Positions 47,969 to 57,081 of a stretch of 63,409 nt of DNA are shown piece after piece. A program made the position numbers and the translations under genes. The notes under the pieces were generated by a model. It was given only the letters and a program-made list of their open reading frames with translations. It made no database searches and was not told the DNA's origin. How positions within the stretch are numbered: the stretch's first letter is position 1; the number at the start of each line of letters is the position of its first letter. This DNA is from an uncultured Clostridia bacterium (GTDB lineage: Bacteria; Bacillota; Clostridia; TANB77; CAG-508): NCBI GenBank assembly GCA_947589065.1, contig CANPZM010000002.1, forward strand, positions 1 through 63,409, written 5' to 3'.

Positions 47969-48766
47969 ATGAAAAAAAATCGTAAAATTTTTTTATTTTC
48001 ATTCATAGCAATAATTTTACTAACATCTGTAATAGTATATGCACAAACATCATTTGATACTCCTGTTGAAGATGTAAAAACAGTTAGTGCTGAAATGATT
48101 AATATATCTAAAGATGTACTAAAAAAATTGGACTCTACTGAACAAATCACTAATACTGAAGTAGTATATGATGAGCTACAAAATAAAAATTTTTATAAAG
48201 TTTCTAATTCAAAATATACCATCAAACTTGATGAAGCTAAAAATTTAGTAGGAGTTTACAGTATTACAACAAATCCAATCACAACTAAAAAAGTAGCTAC
48301 TAAAGAAGATGCAAAAACAATGATAACAAATAAATATAAAGAACTAAATTTGCCAGAAGAATATGAATTATCTTATTTAGAGAAATTTGATGATGAAATA
48401 TGGCAAGCAAATTTTGAAAAAAATTATAATGGAATATATAACAAATACGAATCTGTAAAAATCTTTTTTATTCCAGAAAATAACGAAGTTGTAGCATTCA
48501 CTATATTTAATGAAAAAGCTGATTCTTCTGTTGTTTCTGTAAAAAAAGATGATGCTATTTTAACAGCAGAAAAAAGTTTAGATATTAATAAATCTGATGT
48601 AGTATCTGCAACATTAAGTATGGAAAAGGCAAACAATTACTATGATAGCCAAAATGCAGATACATCTATACATCCATCATGGGTATTGCAAATGTCTGAT
48701 AATTCAATAGTTTATGTTGATGCAACTAACAATAATGTTATTGGAGGTGACTGTATAAATGAATAA
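47969..48766 (+). CDS. Secreted protein with PepSY-like domains
   Basis: Signal peptide (IFLFSFIAIILLTSVIVYA). The C-terminal VSVKKDDAILTAEKSL...VYVDATNNNVIGG follows the PepSY pattern. The central part (KYKELNLPEEYEL...YNGIYNKYESVKIFF) is paralogous to the ectodomain of 49371..50804. Confidence 0.65.
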   Translation: MKKNRKIFLFSFIAIILLTSVIVYAQTSFDTPVEDVKTVSAEMINISKDVLKKLDSTEQITNTEVVYDELQNKNFYKVSNSKYTIKLDEAKNLVGVYSITTNPITTKKVATKEDAKTMITNKYKELNLPEEYELSYLEKFDDEIWQANFEKNYNGIYNKYESVKIFFIPENNEVVAFTIFNEKADSSVVSVKKDDAILTAEKSLDINKSDVVSATLSMEKANNYYDSQNADTSIHPSWVLQMSDNSIVYVDATNNNVIGGDCINE

Positions 48767-49367
48767 AAAAATAGTTTCATGTATTATTTTAATTTTGATT
48801 ATTTTAACATGTTTAACATCTACTGCTCATGCTTCTGCAAGTGCTAAAGTTTTTTCAAATGGAAAAAGTGGTACATACAAAAACTGTGGTGTATATGCAG
48901 TTGACGGTTTTGCAACTCTTGGATATTCTTGCACATCTAGCATGGGATCTATAACTAAAAGTTCAATGCTTAGTTGGATAAAAAATACAGGAAATGGATA
49001 TGCAATGTATGTTCATACATTTGGCGGAAGTGGATATTTTAATGATTATAATGGAAATTCTATAACAACTTCAGACATATCTGGTAATTGGGATTTTGTT
49101 TATATAGATTCATCTTATAGTGCTAAAACATCAGCATTAGCTAATGCATTCCATACAACAGGATATTCTAATAGATGTTTTTTAGGTTGGAGTGGTGCAG
49201 TTACAACTGGTAATGCTGAAAAATTTAATTATTATTTTTGGTTAGATAATGTTGGACACACAACCATAAGACTTGCAGCTATAAATGCTTCCACTGGTGT
49301 TCCTGGCTCTGGAACAACACCAACAAAACTATATGGAAGTACAACATATAAAGGAACAGCTAGATAA
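48759..49367 (+). CDS. Secreted hypothetical protein, Gly/Ser/Thr/Tyr-rich
   Basis: Signal peptide (IVSCIILILIILTCLTSTAHASA). It overlaps the upstream stop by 8 nt. No confident family assignment. Confidence 0.6.
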   Translation: MNKKIVSCIILILIILTCLTSTAHASASAKVFSNGKSGTYKNCGVYAVDGFATLGYSCTSSMGSITKSSMLSWIKNTGNGYAMYVHTFGGSGYFNDYNGNSITTSDISGNWDFVYIDSSYSAKTSALANAFHTTGYSNRCFLGWSGAVTTGNAEKFNYYFWLDNVGHTTIRLAAINASTGVPGSGTTPTKLYGSTTYKGTAR

Positions 49368-49370
49368 AAT

Positions 49371-50804
49371 CTAGCTGCTCCTTTTATTATCTATTGTTTT
49401 ATCTTCATTTCCTATTATCTCTCCTGTGCAAGCATCAATTAATATGCTCGAGTCTTTATCTAATTTCCATACCATTCGCGTTTTTACATCTATTTTTAAT
49501 AGTTCAATACCAATTCTATTCTCTATATTTATCTCTTCATCTAAAATATTACTTTTTACGTTATTTTTTATCATTTCTATAGATAAATTAATATCTGAAG
49601 CATTAATACCATTTTCTTTAAATATTCTTTGAGCAGTTTCTTTTGAAATCAATACACTATTTGCCTCACATGGTATGTCATAAACATATATTGCTTGTAT
49701 TTTATTATCAATTAATGATATCGTGACACTTTCATATTTGTTAAAAATTTTATCATATTTTTTAGCAAAAACCCTATTTTCTATTCCATTAATTTTTTCG
49801 TTCTTAAATAATTCATAATTATTTGGCAATTTTAAGTCAGAGTACATATCTTTTACATCACTAATTGAATTTGATTTTTCTAAAGTATAGTTATTGTATA
49901 TAGCCAAATTACCATTTTCTGCATCAATTTTCATTAAAAATCCGTTATCATCATCTGTAACTGTCCAACAAACCTTACAAATTTGAAAATCTCTAACCAA
50001 TTTCAATTGTTCTGATTTAACATTTGCTTCTTTACCTAAAATGCTTAAGTATTCATTAATCTTATTTACCGCCTCTTCTCTAGAAATAATACCATTTCCT
50101 TCAGGTATTTCTTCTTTTACATCAGATAAAGTAAAAGTAGATTTCCTAAATGTATTTTGATAAATTTTAATTGTAGCATATACCATACCACCTACTAATC
50201 CTGCACTCAAACATAGTATTAGAACAACTTTTACTATATGTCTATACTTGTAGCTGATGTCAGGATATTCACTTGAGATTTTTTTCCTAAATTCTATTTT
50301 TGCTCTATGCAAAAGTGATTTAAAACTTGCTTCACTCTTTCCCATAATTTTAGCAGCATCTTTATATGTCTTTTCATTTCTATAAACAAGCAAAATTGCT
50401 TCTCTATAATTATCTGGTAATTCACTAAGAATTTTAGAAACTACATTAGATATTTCTTTACTTTCATTAACTTCATATGGATTATCACTTTCCAAACTAA
50501 GAAAATCAGCAATATGTTCATCAAATTTTTCATGTCTTCTTTTATTCTTTCTAGCATAATCATAAATAATTTGCTTTGCCTTTAACAAAATAAAACAATA
50601 AAACGAACCAGCATTTTCATTATATTCATCAATGCATTCATAAACTTTCATAAAAATATCATGTATCAAATCTTCTTCATCTTCAACTTTTCCAATTTTG
50701 TAATAAATATAAATACGCACTTTTTCCTTATATTTTTCATAAATTTCATCGAAATTTTTATAATATTTATTTCCTAAATTTTTTACACCATTATTTTCTT
50801 TCAA
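49371..50804 (-). CDS. Single-chain ECF-like sigma factor fused to a TM helix and an extracytoplasmic PepSY-like domain
   Basis: Sigma region 2 (EDLIHDIFMKVYECIDEY) and region 4 (LPDNYREAILLVYRNEKTYKDAAKIMGKSEASFKSLLHRAKIEF). A TM helix follows (VVLILCLSAGLVGGMVYATI), then ~270 aa ending ILIDACTGEIIG. Confidence 0.75.
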   Translation of the reverse strand: MKENNGVKNLGNKYYKNFDEIYEKYKEKVRIYIYYKIGKVEDEEDLIHDIFMKVYECIDEYNENAGSFYCFILLKAKQIIYDYARKNKRRHEKFDEHIADFLSLESDNPYEVNESKEISNVVSKILSELPDNYREAILLVYRNEKTYKDAAKIMGKSEASFKSLLHRAKIEFRKKISSEYPDISYKYRHIVKVVLILCLSAGLVGGMVYATIKIYQNTFRKSTFTLSDVKEEIPEGNGIISREEAVNKINEYLSILGKEANVKSEQLKLVRDFQICKVCWTVTDDDNGFLMKIDAENGNLAIYNNYTLEKSNSISDVKDMYSDLKLPNNYELFKNEKINGIENRVFAKKYDKIFNKYESVTISLIDNKIQAIYVYDIPCEANSVLISKETAQRIFKENGINASDINLSIEMIKNNVKSNILDEEINIENRIGIELLKIDVKTRMVWKLDKDSSILIDACTGEIIGNEDKTIDNKRSS

Positions 50805-50894
50805 TAAACTTCCCTACTTTTTTAAAATTTTTTTATTTTTTGCGAAACTTTTTTCAAAATAAAACGTAATATATTATATAGAGGTTTTTAAGTT

Positions 50895-51485
50895 ATGTTG
50901 TCAATCTTTATTTTTAGTAAAAGCCAAAAATATATTAATACTTTGATTACTAGCCTAAGTTCTATACATGAAATAAAAATTCTAGGCTTTTCAACTAATA
51001 TAAGTTCACATAGTTTTGATTACTGTAATTATGTACAATCAGACATCATAATCGCCGATTCAGACTTTAAAAAATACATTAATGATAACATTCAATATAA
51101 TTATTACTTTATAACTATATCACAAATAAATAATTTAGACATCAAAAAAGTATATAACATTATTACTAAACTTATTCTTGACTATAAAATACAGTATAAA
51201 TTGAATTTATCTAATATTAAACATTCATCACTTTTTAAATTACTCAATAGTAACTTTAATAATAATCTATCTGGTACCGAATATTTACTAGATTATATGT
51301 CTTACTGGTATAATATTTATCATTTAAAAATGCAAGACGAAACTTTTTATGAATCTATAATACATGCCTTGTCAGAAAAATATAATATAAATTCTAATAG
51401 TATAATTTGGAATATAAATTCTTCGGTTAGCAATACTTCTCAAAACAAATTATCTAAAGATTTTAATATGCTAGAGGTAATATAA
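50895..51485 (+). CDS. Hypothetical protein, possible degenerate receiver plus Spo0A_C-like HTH
   Basis: The N-terminal region (IFIFSKSQ...IIIADSD) is weakly receiver-like but lacks the clear acidic pocket. The C-terminal LSGTEYLLDYM...YESIIHALSEKYNINSNSIIWNI loosely follows the Spo0A C-terminal pattern. This is a weak assignment. Confidence 0.35.
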   Translation: MLSIFIFSKSQKYINTLITSLSSIHEIKILGFSTNISSHSFDYCNYVQSDIIIADSDFKKYINDNIQYNYYFITISQINNLDIKKVYNIITKLILDYKIQYKLNLSNIKHSSLFKLLNSNFNNNLSGTEYLLDYMSYWYNIYHLKMQDETFYESIIHALSEKYNINSNSIIWNINSSVSNTSQNKLSKDFNMLEVI

Positions 51486-51507
51486 AATAATATACATTCA
51501 TAGTGTA

Positions 51508-51615
51508 TTAGAAGTATTACTCCTGCAAGCCATTTTAATAGAAGATTGAAAGTTTTATACATAGCGATCTAACTATTATAAAAACCAACTTGGCTTGCAG
51601 AATTAATATTTCTAA
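51508..51615. repeat. 24-nt imperfect inverted repeats enclosing 60 nt (108-nt hairpin or MITE-like unit)
   Basis: ttagaagtattactcctgcaagcc (51508-51531) is matched against the reverse complement of ggcttgcagaattaatatttctaa (51592-51615). 21 of 24 positions match, including a perfect 10-bp core CTGCAAGCCA/TGGCTTGCAG. Confidence 0.6.
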
Positions 51616-51682
51616 CTCTATTGGAAATATCTTATAATTAACTCATCATATAATATGCAATCCCGAACTTCATATTATATAC

Positions 51683-51712
51683 AAAAATAGACACATACAG
51701 TGTCTATTTTTG
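51683..51712. terminator. Bidirectional terminator between 50895..51485 and the ABC transporter
   Basis: aaaaatAGACACatacaGTGTCTattttt. Confidence 0.75.
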
Positions 51713-51751
51713 TTTCTATTAATTATACATATATTTATATTTCTAAACTTT

Positions 51752-54337
51752 TTATTCAGTCCTTAAAGCCTCAACAGGATCCTTTTTACTAGCAACTTTA
51801 GCAGGAATCAATCCAGCTATCATAGTTAAAAGCATACTAATAAATATCAATACTACAGCACCTAATATAGGTAATTTAGCTAAATTTGAAACATCAGCAA
51901 ATTTTTTAATAACAATATTAATTGGAATTGTAAGTAAACATGTAACACCAATACCTATTAAGCCAGCAACTAATCCAATAATAAATGTTTCTGCATTAAA
52001 TACTCTTGATATATCCTTCTTAGATGCACCTATACTACGTAAAACTCCTATTTCTTTTATTCTTTCTAGTACAGAAATATATGTTATTATTCCAATCATA
52101 ATTGAAGATACAATTAATGATATTGCTACAAATGCAATTAATACATAACTAATCATATTAACTATAACTGTTACAGATGTCATCATTGTTGCAACCATAT
52201 CCGTATATTCAATAACATCTTCCTCTTTACCTTCATCTCTTTTCATTTGATTATATTTTTCAATATCAGCAGTTATTTTGTCTTTACTTTCAAAATCTAC
52301 AGGATATATATTAATTGAATAAGGAGAATCTACATCGCAAATTCCTAATGTAGCAATATTTTCTTCATAAGTTGCATCTGCCATTTTTGAATATGATGCT
52401 ATTACACCTGCTAATTCTTCTTTGCTTAATTTAGCATATTCTGCTTGTTCTTCTGGACTTAATTTTGAATAATCAAATCCATTAGAACTGCTTTGTGAAT
52501 TATCATCAAATTTTCTACCTGTAAACACATTAACTTCTGGATTATCAAGTTGTTCTTTAGCAATCTTTGTTTTATTTATTTCATTTATTATATGCTCTGT
52601 AAGTTCTTTTTTGTATCCAATCATTCCCATATCACCCATTGAAGTTGAAGTTGCTTCTTCTTTTGGTTTTACTACTCCGACTATTTTTACTTCTAGAGCT
52701 TTACTAATCTTATCTTTTAAATATTTTTCATCATTTTTTCTGCTAGCCCAAATCTTTCCTTGTTTTTCATAATAATCCGTATTTAAAAGAATTTTATATG
52801 TTAATCCTAGAAAATCTTCACTTCTATACGTTTCATCCTGTAATTCATCTAGCTCCTCACCATCAATTATCTTATGCATTTTTTCAGTAATTTCAGCTTG
52901 ATCTTTTATTCCTAATGAATATAAACTATAATCACTTATTTCATTATTTTTATTAACTACAAGAATTACTTCTTTATAATCTTGTGGCCATTCTCCAGAA
53001 ATTAAATCATATTGTGACTTTAATAATTCATCATTGTCTATCATTTCAGTCCAAATATCCATTGACTGTCCCATCATGTAATTTGAATTATCTGAAGATT
53101 CAACCATTCCAAGCTTTTCAAAAGTAGTTGCTGGATTTACTTGAACAACACCATCTGATGTATCTGATTTGTAAATATTTAAAGTAATATTATAACCATA
53201 CTGTACTGCATTTGAACATTTCTTTATATCATTGTCAGTTTCATCAATATACTTCTTAAAATCTTTTAAATTGTTTCTTTGCACTTTTTTTGAAATTGTA
53301 TCAAAAACTTCACCAATTATTTGTCTTGAATGAATTTTATCATCATTATACTCTTTTTCGTCCTGATTCATAAACACTTCAAGCATCGAACTAGCATCAA
53401 CACTTTCTTCAACAATGGTAAGAGGATAATTAGATAAAGTATCTTCTTGAACTTTATCTATATATTTTTGCACACCATTAGATAAAGAAAGAATAAGTGC
53501 TATTCCAATAATTCCAATACTTCCAGCAAAAGCTGTTAAAAAAGTTCTACCCTTTTTTGTCATCAAGTTGTTTAAACTCAAAGACAATGCAGTAAAAAAT
53601 TTCATAGATGTTTTTCCAGTTTTAGATTTTAAATTCTTTTCTTTTTTTCTATCAGCTTCTGTAAATGGATTTGAATCACTAATAATTTTTCCATCCAAGG
53701 CTTTAATTAATCTAGAAGAGTATTTTTCTGCTAAATCTGGATTATGTGTTACCATTACAATTAATTTATTCTTAGATATATTTTTCAATATTTCCATTAT
53801 CTGAACGCTAGTTTCAGTATCTAATGCTCCTGTAGGTTCATCTGCTAGAATGATATCAGGATCATTTACTAGAGCTCTTGCAATTGCAACTCTTTGCATC
53901 TGTCCACCAGACAATTGATTTGGTTTTTTATGAATTTGATCTTTCAATCCTACATCTTCTAAAGCTTTAATTGCTTTTTTCTTTCTTTCTTTTCTTCCTA
54001 CTCCGGATAAAGTAAGTGCCAATTCTACATTAGACAAAACAGTTTGATGAGGTATTAAATTATAGTTTTGAAAGACAAAACCAACCGAATAATTTCTATA
54101 TGCATCCCAATCTTTATCCTTAAAATCTTTTGTAGATTTTCCATTGATTATTAAATCACCATCTGTATATCTGTCTAGTCCTCCTATAATATTTAAAAGA
54201 GTTGTTTTTCCACATCCACTTGGTCCAAGAATTGAAACAAATTCACTTTTTCTAAATTCTATATCAATTCCTTTTAAAGCTTTTACAGTCATCTCACCAG
54301 ACAAATAATTTTTAGTTATACCTTTTAACTGTAACAT
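51752..54337 (-). CDS. Fused ABC transporter ATP-binding/permease protein (MacB/FtsX-type)
   Basis: N-terminal Walker A GPSGCGKTT, signature LSGGQMQR and Walker B ILADEPTGALD. A TM helix, a large extracytoplasmic domain and a C-terminal FtsX-like 3-TM bundle follow. Confidence 0.9.
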   Translation of the reverse strand: MLQLKGITKNYLSGEMTVKALKGIDIEFRKSEFVSILGPSGCGKTTLLNIIGGLDRYTDGDLIINGKSTKDFKDKDWDAYRNYSVGFVFQNYNLIPHQTVLSNVELALTLSGVGRKERKKKAIKALEDVGLKDQIHKKPNQLSGGQMQRVAIARALVNDPDIILADEPTGALDTETSVQIMEILKNISKNKLIVMVTHNPDLAEKYSSRLIKALDGKIISDSNPFTEADRKKEKNLKSKTGKTSMKFFTALSLSLNNLMTKKGRTFLTAFAGSIGIIGIALILSLSNGVQKYIDKVQEDTLSNYPLTIVEESVDASSMLEVFMNQDEKEYNDDKIHSRQIIGEVFDTISKKVQRNNLKDFKKYIDETDNDIKKCSNAVQYGYNITLNIYKSDTSDGVVQVNPATTFEKLGMVESSDNSNYMMGQSMDIWTEMIDNDELLKSQYDLISGEWPQDYKEVILVVNKNNEISDYSLYSLGIKDQAEITEKMHKIIDGEELDELQDETYRSEDFLGLTYKILLNTDYYEKQGKIWASRKNDEKYLKDKISKALEVKIVGVVKPKEEATSTSMGDMGMIGYKKELTEHIINEINKTKIAKEQLDNPEVNVFTGRKFDDNSQSSSNGFDYSKLSPEEQAEYAKLSKEELAGVIASYSKMADATYEENIATLGICDVDSPYSINIYPVDFESKDKITADIEKYNQMKRDEGKEEDVIEYTDMVATMMTSVTVIVNMISYVLIAFVAISLIVSSIMIGIITYISVLERIKEIGVLRSIGASKKDISRVFNAETFIIGLVAGLIGIGVTCLLTIPINIVIKKFADVSNLAKLPILGAVVLIFISMLLTMIAGLIPAKVASKKDPVEALRTE

Positions 54338-54416
54338 ATTTCCTCCTTTTAGAAATATTTTGTTTTTATATTATATATTAAAAATATTACATTATCAACT
54401 ATTACCTTTTATTTTA

Positions 54417-54565
54417 GAACAAAAGCGGACATTATTAACATTTTTGCTATTTATGACATTTTAAAGTCCGCGTCTTTGTTCGTCCGCGAAAAATTGTACA
54501 ACAATTTTTCTGTGGAATGTTAATTTTTTATATAATAGGAAAGAACTTTCCTATTATATAAAAAA
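54417..54565 (-). repeat. Intergenic modular repeat, full copy F
   Basis: gaacaaaagcggac...gtccgcgtctttgttcgtccgcGAAAAATTGTacaACAATTTTTCtgtggaatg...tataataggaaag-aac-tttcctattata. Confidence 0.9.
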
Positions 54566-54607
54566 TAACAACATTAGAATAATAAACTAATGTTGTTATT
54601 TTTTATA

Positions 54608-54775
54608 TTATTTAATCTCAATATTTTTTAAAGCATACCTTATGCATTCATTAATTAAAAAATTCACTGAAAATAGATTATTTTTTCTTTTTATTTGTCT
54701 CAACTGTTCCAATAAATCTTCTTCAATTCTACATGTAAATTGTTCATATTCTGCTTTTTTCCTGATTATAAACAT
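54608..54775 (-). CDS. Unannotated 55-aa ribbon-helix-helix (CopG/Arc-like) protein
   Basis: MFIIRKKAEYEQFTCRIEEDLLEQLRQIKRKNNLFSVNFLINECIRYALKNIEIK shows a beta-strand / helix / helix pattern. An RBS GGAGGTG lies 8 nt upstream. The ORF is below the track cutoff. Confidence 0.55.
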   Translation of the reverse strand: MFIIRKKAEYEQFTCRIEEDLLEQLRQIKRKNNLFSVNFLINECIRYALKNIEIK

Positions 54776-54813
54776 ATTTTTTTCACCTCCACGGTGAATT
54801 ATATCTACTAAAA

Positions 54814-54954
54814 TTAGTGCAATCGTCTCATGTATACATTTATTAATTCATCAATTTTATGACTTTGAGCAAGAATCTCTTCATAATTTTTTCCAGCTTC
54901 AATCATTTCATTTAGCTTCTTCTTTTGTAATTCTATTTTCTCCTTTATTGACAT
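54814..54954 (-). CDS. Unannotated 46-aa Spo0E-like aspartyl-phosphate phosphatase family protein
   Basis: MSIKEKIELQKKKLNEMIEAGKNYEEILAQSHKIDELINVYMRRLH follows the Spo0E pattern (I...R..L........+++..SQ.LD.LI..Y). An RBS AAGGTG and a TTGACA/TATTAT promoter lie upstream. Confidence 0.6.
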   Translation of the reverse strand: MSIKEKIELQKKKLNEMIEAGKNYEEILAQSHKIDELINVYMRRLH

Positions 54955-55090
54955 AGAATCACCTTCTTCTTTTGTAAATTATAATATAAATAATTAGAAA
55001 AATTTGTCAAAATTTGTTGTTTACATATATTTTTTTTATTTTATAATCGAAAAATAGATTTATTTTACCAGTACAAACAGTATTTTACTT

Positions 55091-55140
55091 TTGTAAGTTT
55101 TTCTATAATAGGAAGTTCAGAGAACTTTCCTATTATAGAA
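55091..55140 (-). repeat. Partial copy of the repeat family (M3 plus the tgtaag flank)
   Basis: ttgtaagtttttctataataggaagttcagagaactttcctattatag. The loop matches the loop of copy B. Confidence 0.7.
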
Positions 55141-55175
55141 AAAAATTCACTTCTTTACCCGAAGTGAATTTTTTT
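55141..55175 (-). terminator. Terminator after the GGGtGRT gene
   Basis: The minus strand reads aaaaaAATTCACTTCgggtaaaGAAGTGAATTttttt. Confidence 0.8.
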
Positions 55176-55194
55176 CATTAATATTATTTATAAT

Positions 55195-56196
55195 TTATTT
55201 CATAGCTTCTTCTACTGCAACAGCAACAGCAACAGTTGCACCAACCATTGGATTATTTCCCATACCAATTAGTCCCATCATTTCAACATGAGCTGGTACA
55301 GATGAAGAACCCGCAAATTGTGCATCTGAATGCATTCTTCCCATAGTATCAGTCATACCATAAGAAGCTGGTCCAGCAGCCATATTATCAGGATGTAATG
55401 TTCTTCCTGTTCCACCACCAGATGCAACAGAAAAATATTTTTTGCCTGCTTCTATTCTTTCTTTTTTATATGTTCCTGCAACTGGATGTTGGAATCTTGT
55501 TGGATTTGTTGAATTTCCAGTAATAGAAACGTCAACATCCTCTAACCACATTATAGCTACACCTTCTCTAACATCATTTGCACCATAGCATCTAACTTTT
55601 GATCTTTCTCCATTTGAATATGGTATTTCTTCAACTATTTTCACTTTACCAGTAAAGAAATCAAATTCAGTTTTTACATATGTAAATCCGTTAATTCTTG
55701 AAATTACTTGTGCTGCATCTTTTCCCAAACCATTTAAAATAACTCTTAATGGTTCTTTTCTAACTTTATTAGCTGATTTTGCTATACCAATAGCACCTTC
55801 AGCAGCAGCAAAAGACTCATGTCCTGCCAAAAAAGCAAAACATTTTGTTTCTTCTGATAATAGCATTGAAGCTAAATTTCCATGTCCTAAACCAACTTTT
55901 CTATCATCTGCAACAGAACCTGGAATACAAAAAGCTTGTAATCCTTCTCCAATAGCTTTTGCAGCATCAGCAGCTTTTGTGCAACCTTTCTTTATAGCTA
56001 TTGCTGCACCTAAAGTATATGCCCAACATGCATTTTCAAAACAAATTGGTTGAACTCCTTTTACCATATCATAAGGATTAAATCCTTTTTGTTTGCAAAT
56101 TTCTAGAGCATCTTCAAAATCTTTTATTCCGTATTTATCCATCACTGGCTTAATTTGATTTATTCTTCTTTCATAACTTTCAAATGTTACTGACAT
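55195..56196 (-). CDS. GGGtGRT family protein (function unknown)
   Basis: Contains the eponymous SGGGTGRTLHPDN motif, the conserved tail MGRMHSDAQFAGSSSVPAHVEMMG and a C-terminal AVAVAVEEA. Confidence 0.85.
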   Translation of the reverse strand: MSVTFESYERRINQIKPVMDKYGIKDFEDALEICKQKGFNPYDMVKGVQPICFENACWAYTLGAAIAIKKGCTKAADAAKAIGEGLQAFCIPGSVADDRKVGLGHGNLASMLLSEETKCFAFLAGHESFAAAEGAIGIAKSANKVRKEPLRVILNGLGKDAAQVISRINGFTYVKTEFDFFTGKVKIVEEIPYSNGERSKVRCYGANDVREGVAIMWLEDVDVSITGNSTNPTRFQHPVAGTYKKERIEAGKKYFSVASGGGTGRTLHPDNMAAGPASYGMTDTMGRMHSDAQFAGSSSVPAHVEMMGLIGMGNNPMVGATVAVAVAVEEAMK

Positions 56197-56271
56197 TTAA
56201 AATTCCTCCTTCTATTATATTCGTGCAAAATTTCAATCATCAAATATTACACTTCTATTCTTTTATGCTTT

Positions 56272-56964
56272 TTATTCTTTACGTGGATCAATCTTTTTAA
56301 CAGCTTCATCAAATCTTCCATAAGTTCCTGAAGCCTTTTCGATTGCTTCCATTGGATCTACGCCAGCTTTGATTGCATCCATCATTTTTCCCATATGAAC
56401 ATATTTATAACCAATTATTAAGTCATTTTCATCTAAACCAATTTCTACTATGTATCCTTCTGCCAAATTTAAGTATCTTGGTCCTTTTGAAGCACTTGAA
56501 TATATTGTACCAACTTGACTAGTATGACCTTTTCCTAAATCTTCTAATCCTGCTCCTACTGCTAAACCACCTTCTGAAAATGCAGATTGAGATCTACCAT
56601 AAACGATTTGTAAAAATAACTCTCTCATTGCAGTATTTATTGCATCACAAACTAAATCTGTATTTAATGCTTCTAATATAGTTTTTCCAACTAATATTTC
56701 ACCAGCCATTGCAGCTGAATGAGTCATTCCTGAACATCCTATTGTTTCAACTAATGCTTCTTGAATTATTCCATCTTTAATATTTAAAGTTAATTTACAT
56801 GCACCTTGTTGTGGAGCGCACCATCCAATACCATGAGTAAATCCTGATATATCTTTTATTTCTTTTGCCTTTACCCATTTTCCTTCTTCAGGTATTGGTG
56901 CTGGTCCATGATCAACTCCCTTTGCAACTTTGCACATATTTTCCAATTCTTGTGTATAAATCAT
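56272..56964 (-). CDS. NifU/IscU N-terminal-like domain protein, usual partner of GGGtGRT
   Basis: GIGWCAPQQGACKLTLNIKDGIIQEALVETIGCSGMTHSAAMAGEILVGKT follows the IscU scaffold Cys pattern. Confidence 0.65.
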   Translation of the reverse strand: MIYTQELENMCKVAKGVDHGPAPIPEEGKWVKAKEIKDISGFTHGIGWCAPQQGACKLTLNIKDGIIQEALVETIGCSGMTHSAAMAGEILVGKTILEALNTDLVCDAINTAMRELFLQIVYGRSQSAFSEGGLAVGAGLEDLGKGHTSQVGTIYSSASKGPRYLNLAEGYIVEIGLDENDLIIGYKYVHMGKMMDAIKAGVDPMEAIEKASGTYGRFDEAVKKIDPRKE

Positions 56965-57081
56965 ATTTACCTCCTACTATTAATTGTTATATTTAACCAT
57001 TGTCATTCTATCATAATTCATTTTGGCTTTCAACATGTTTTGTCTGCCTCAATTTATTATAATACCAAATTTCCAATAGCA

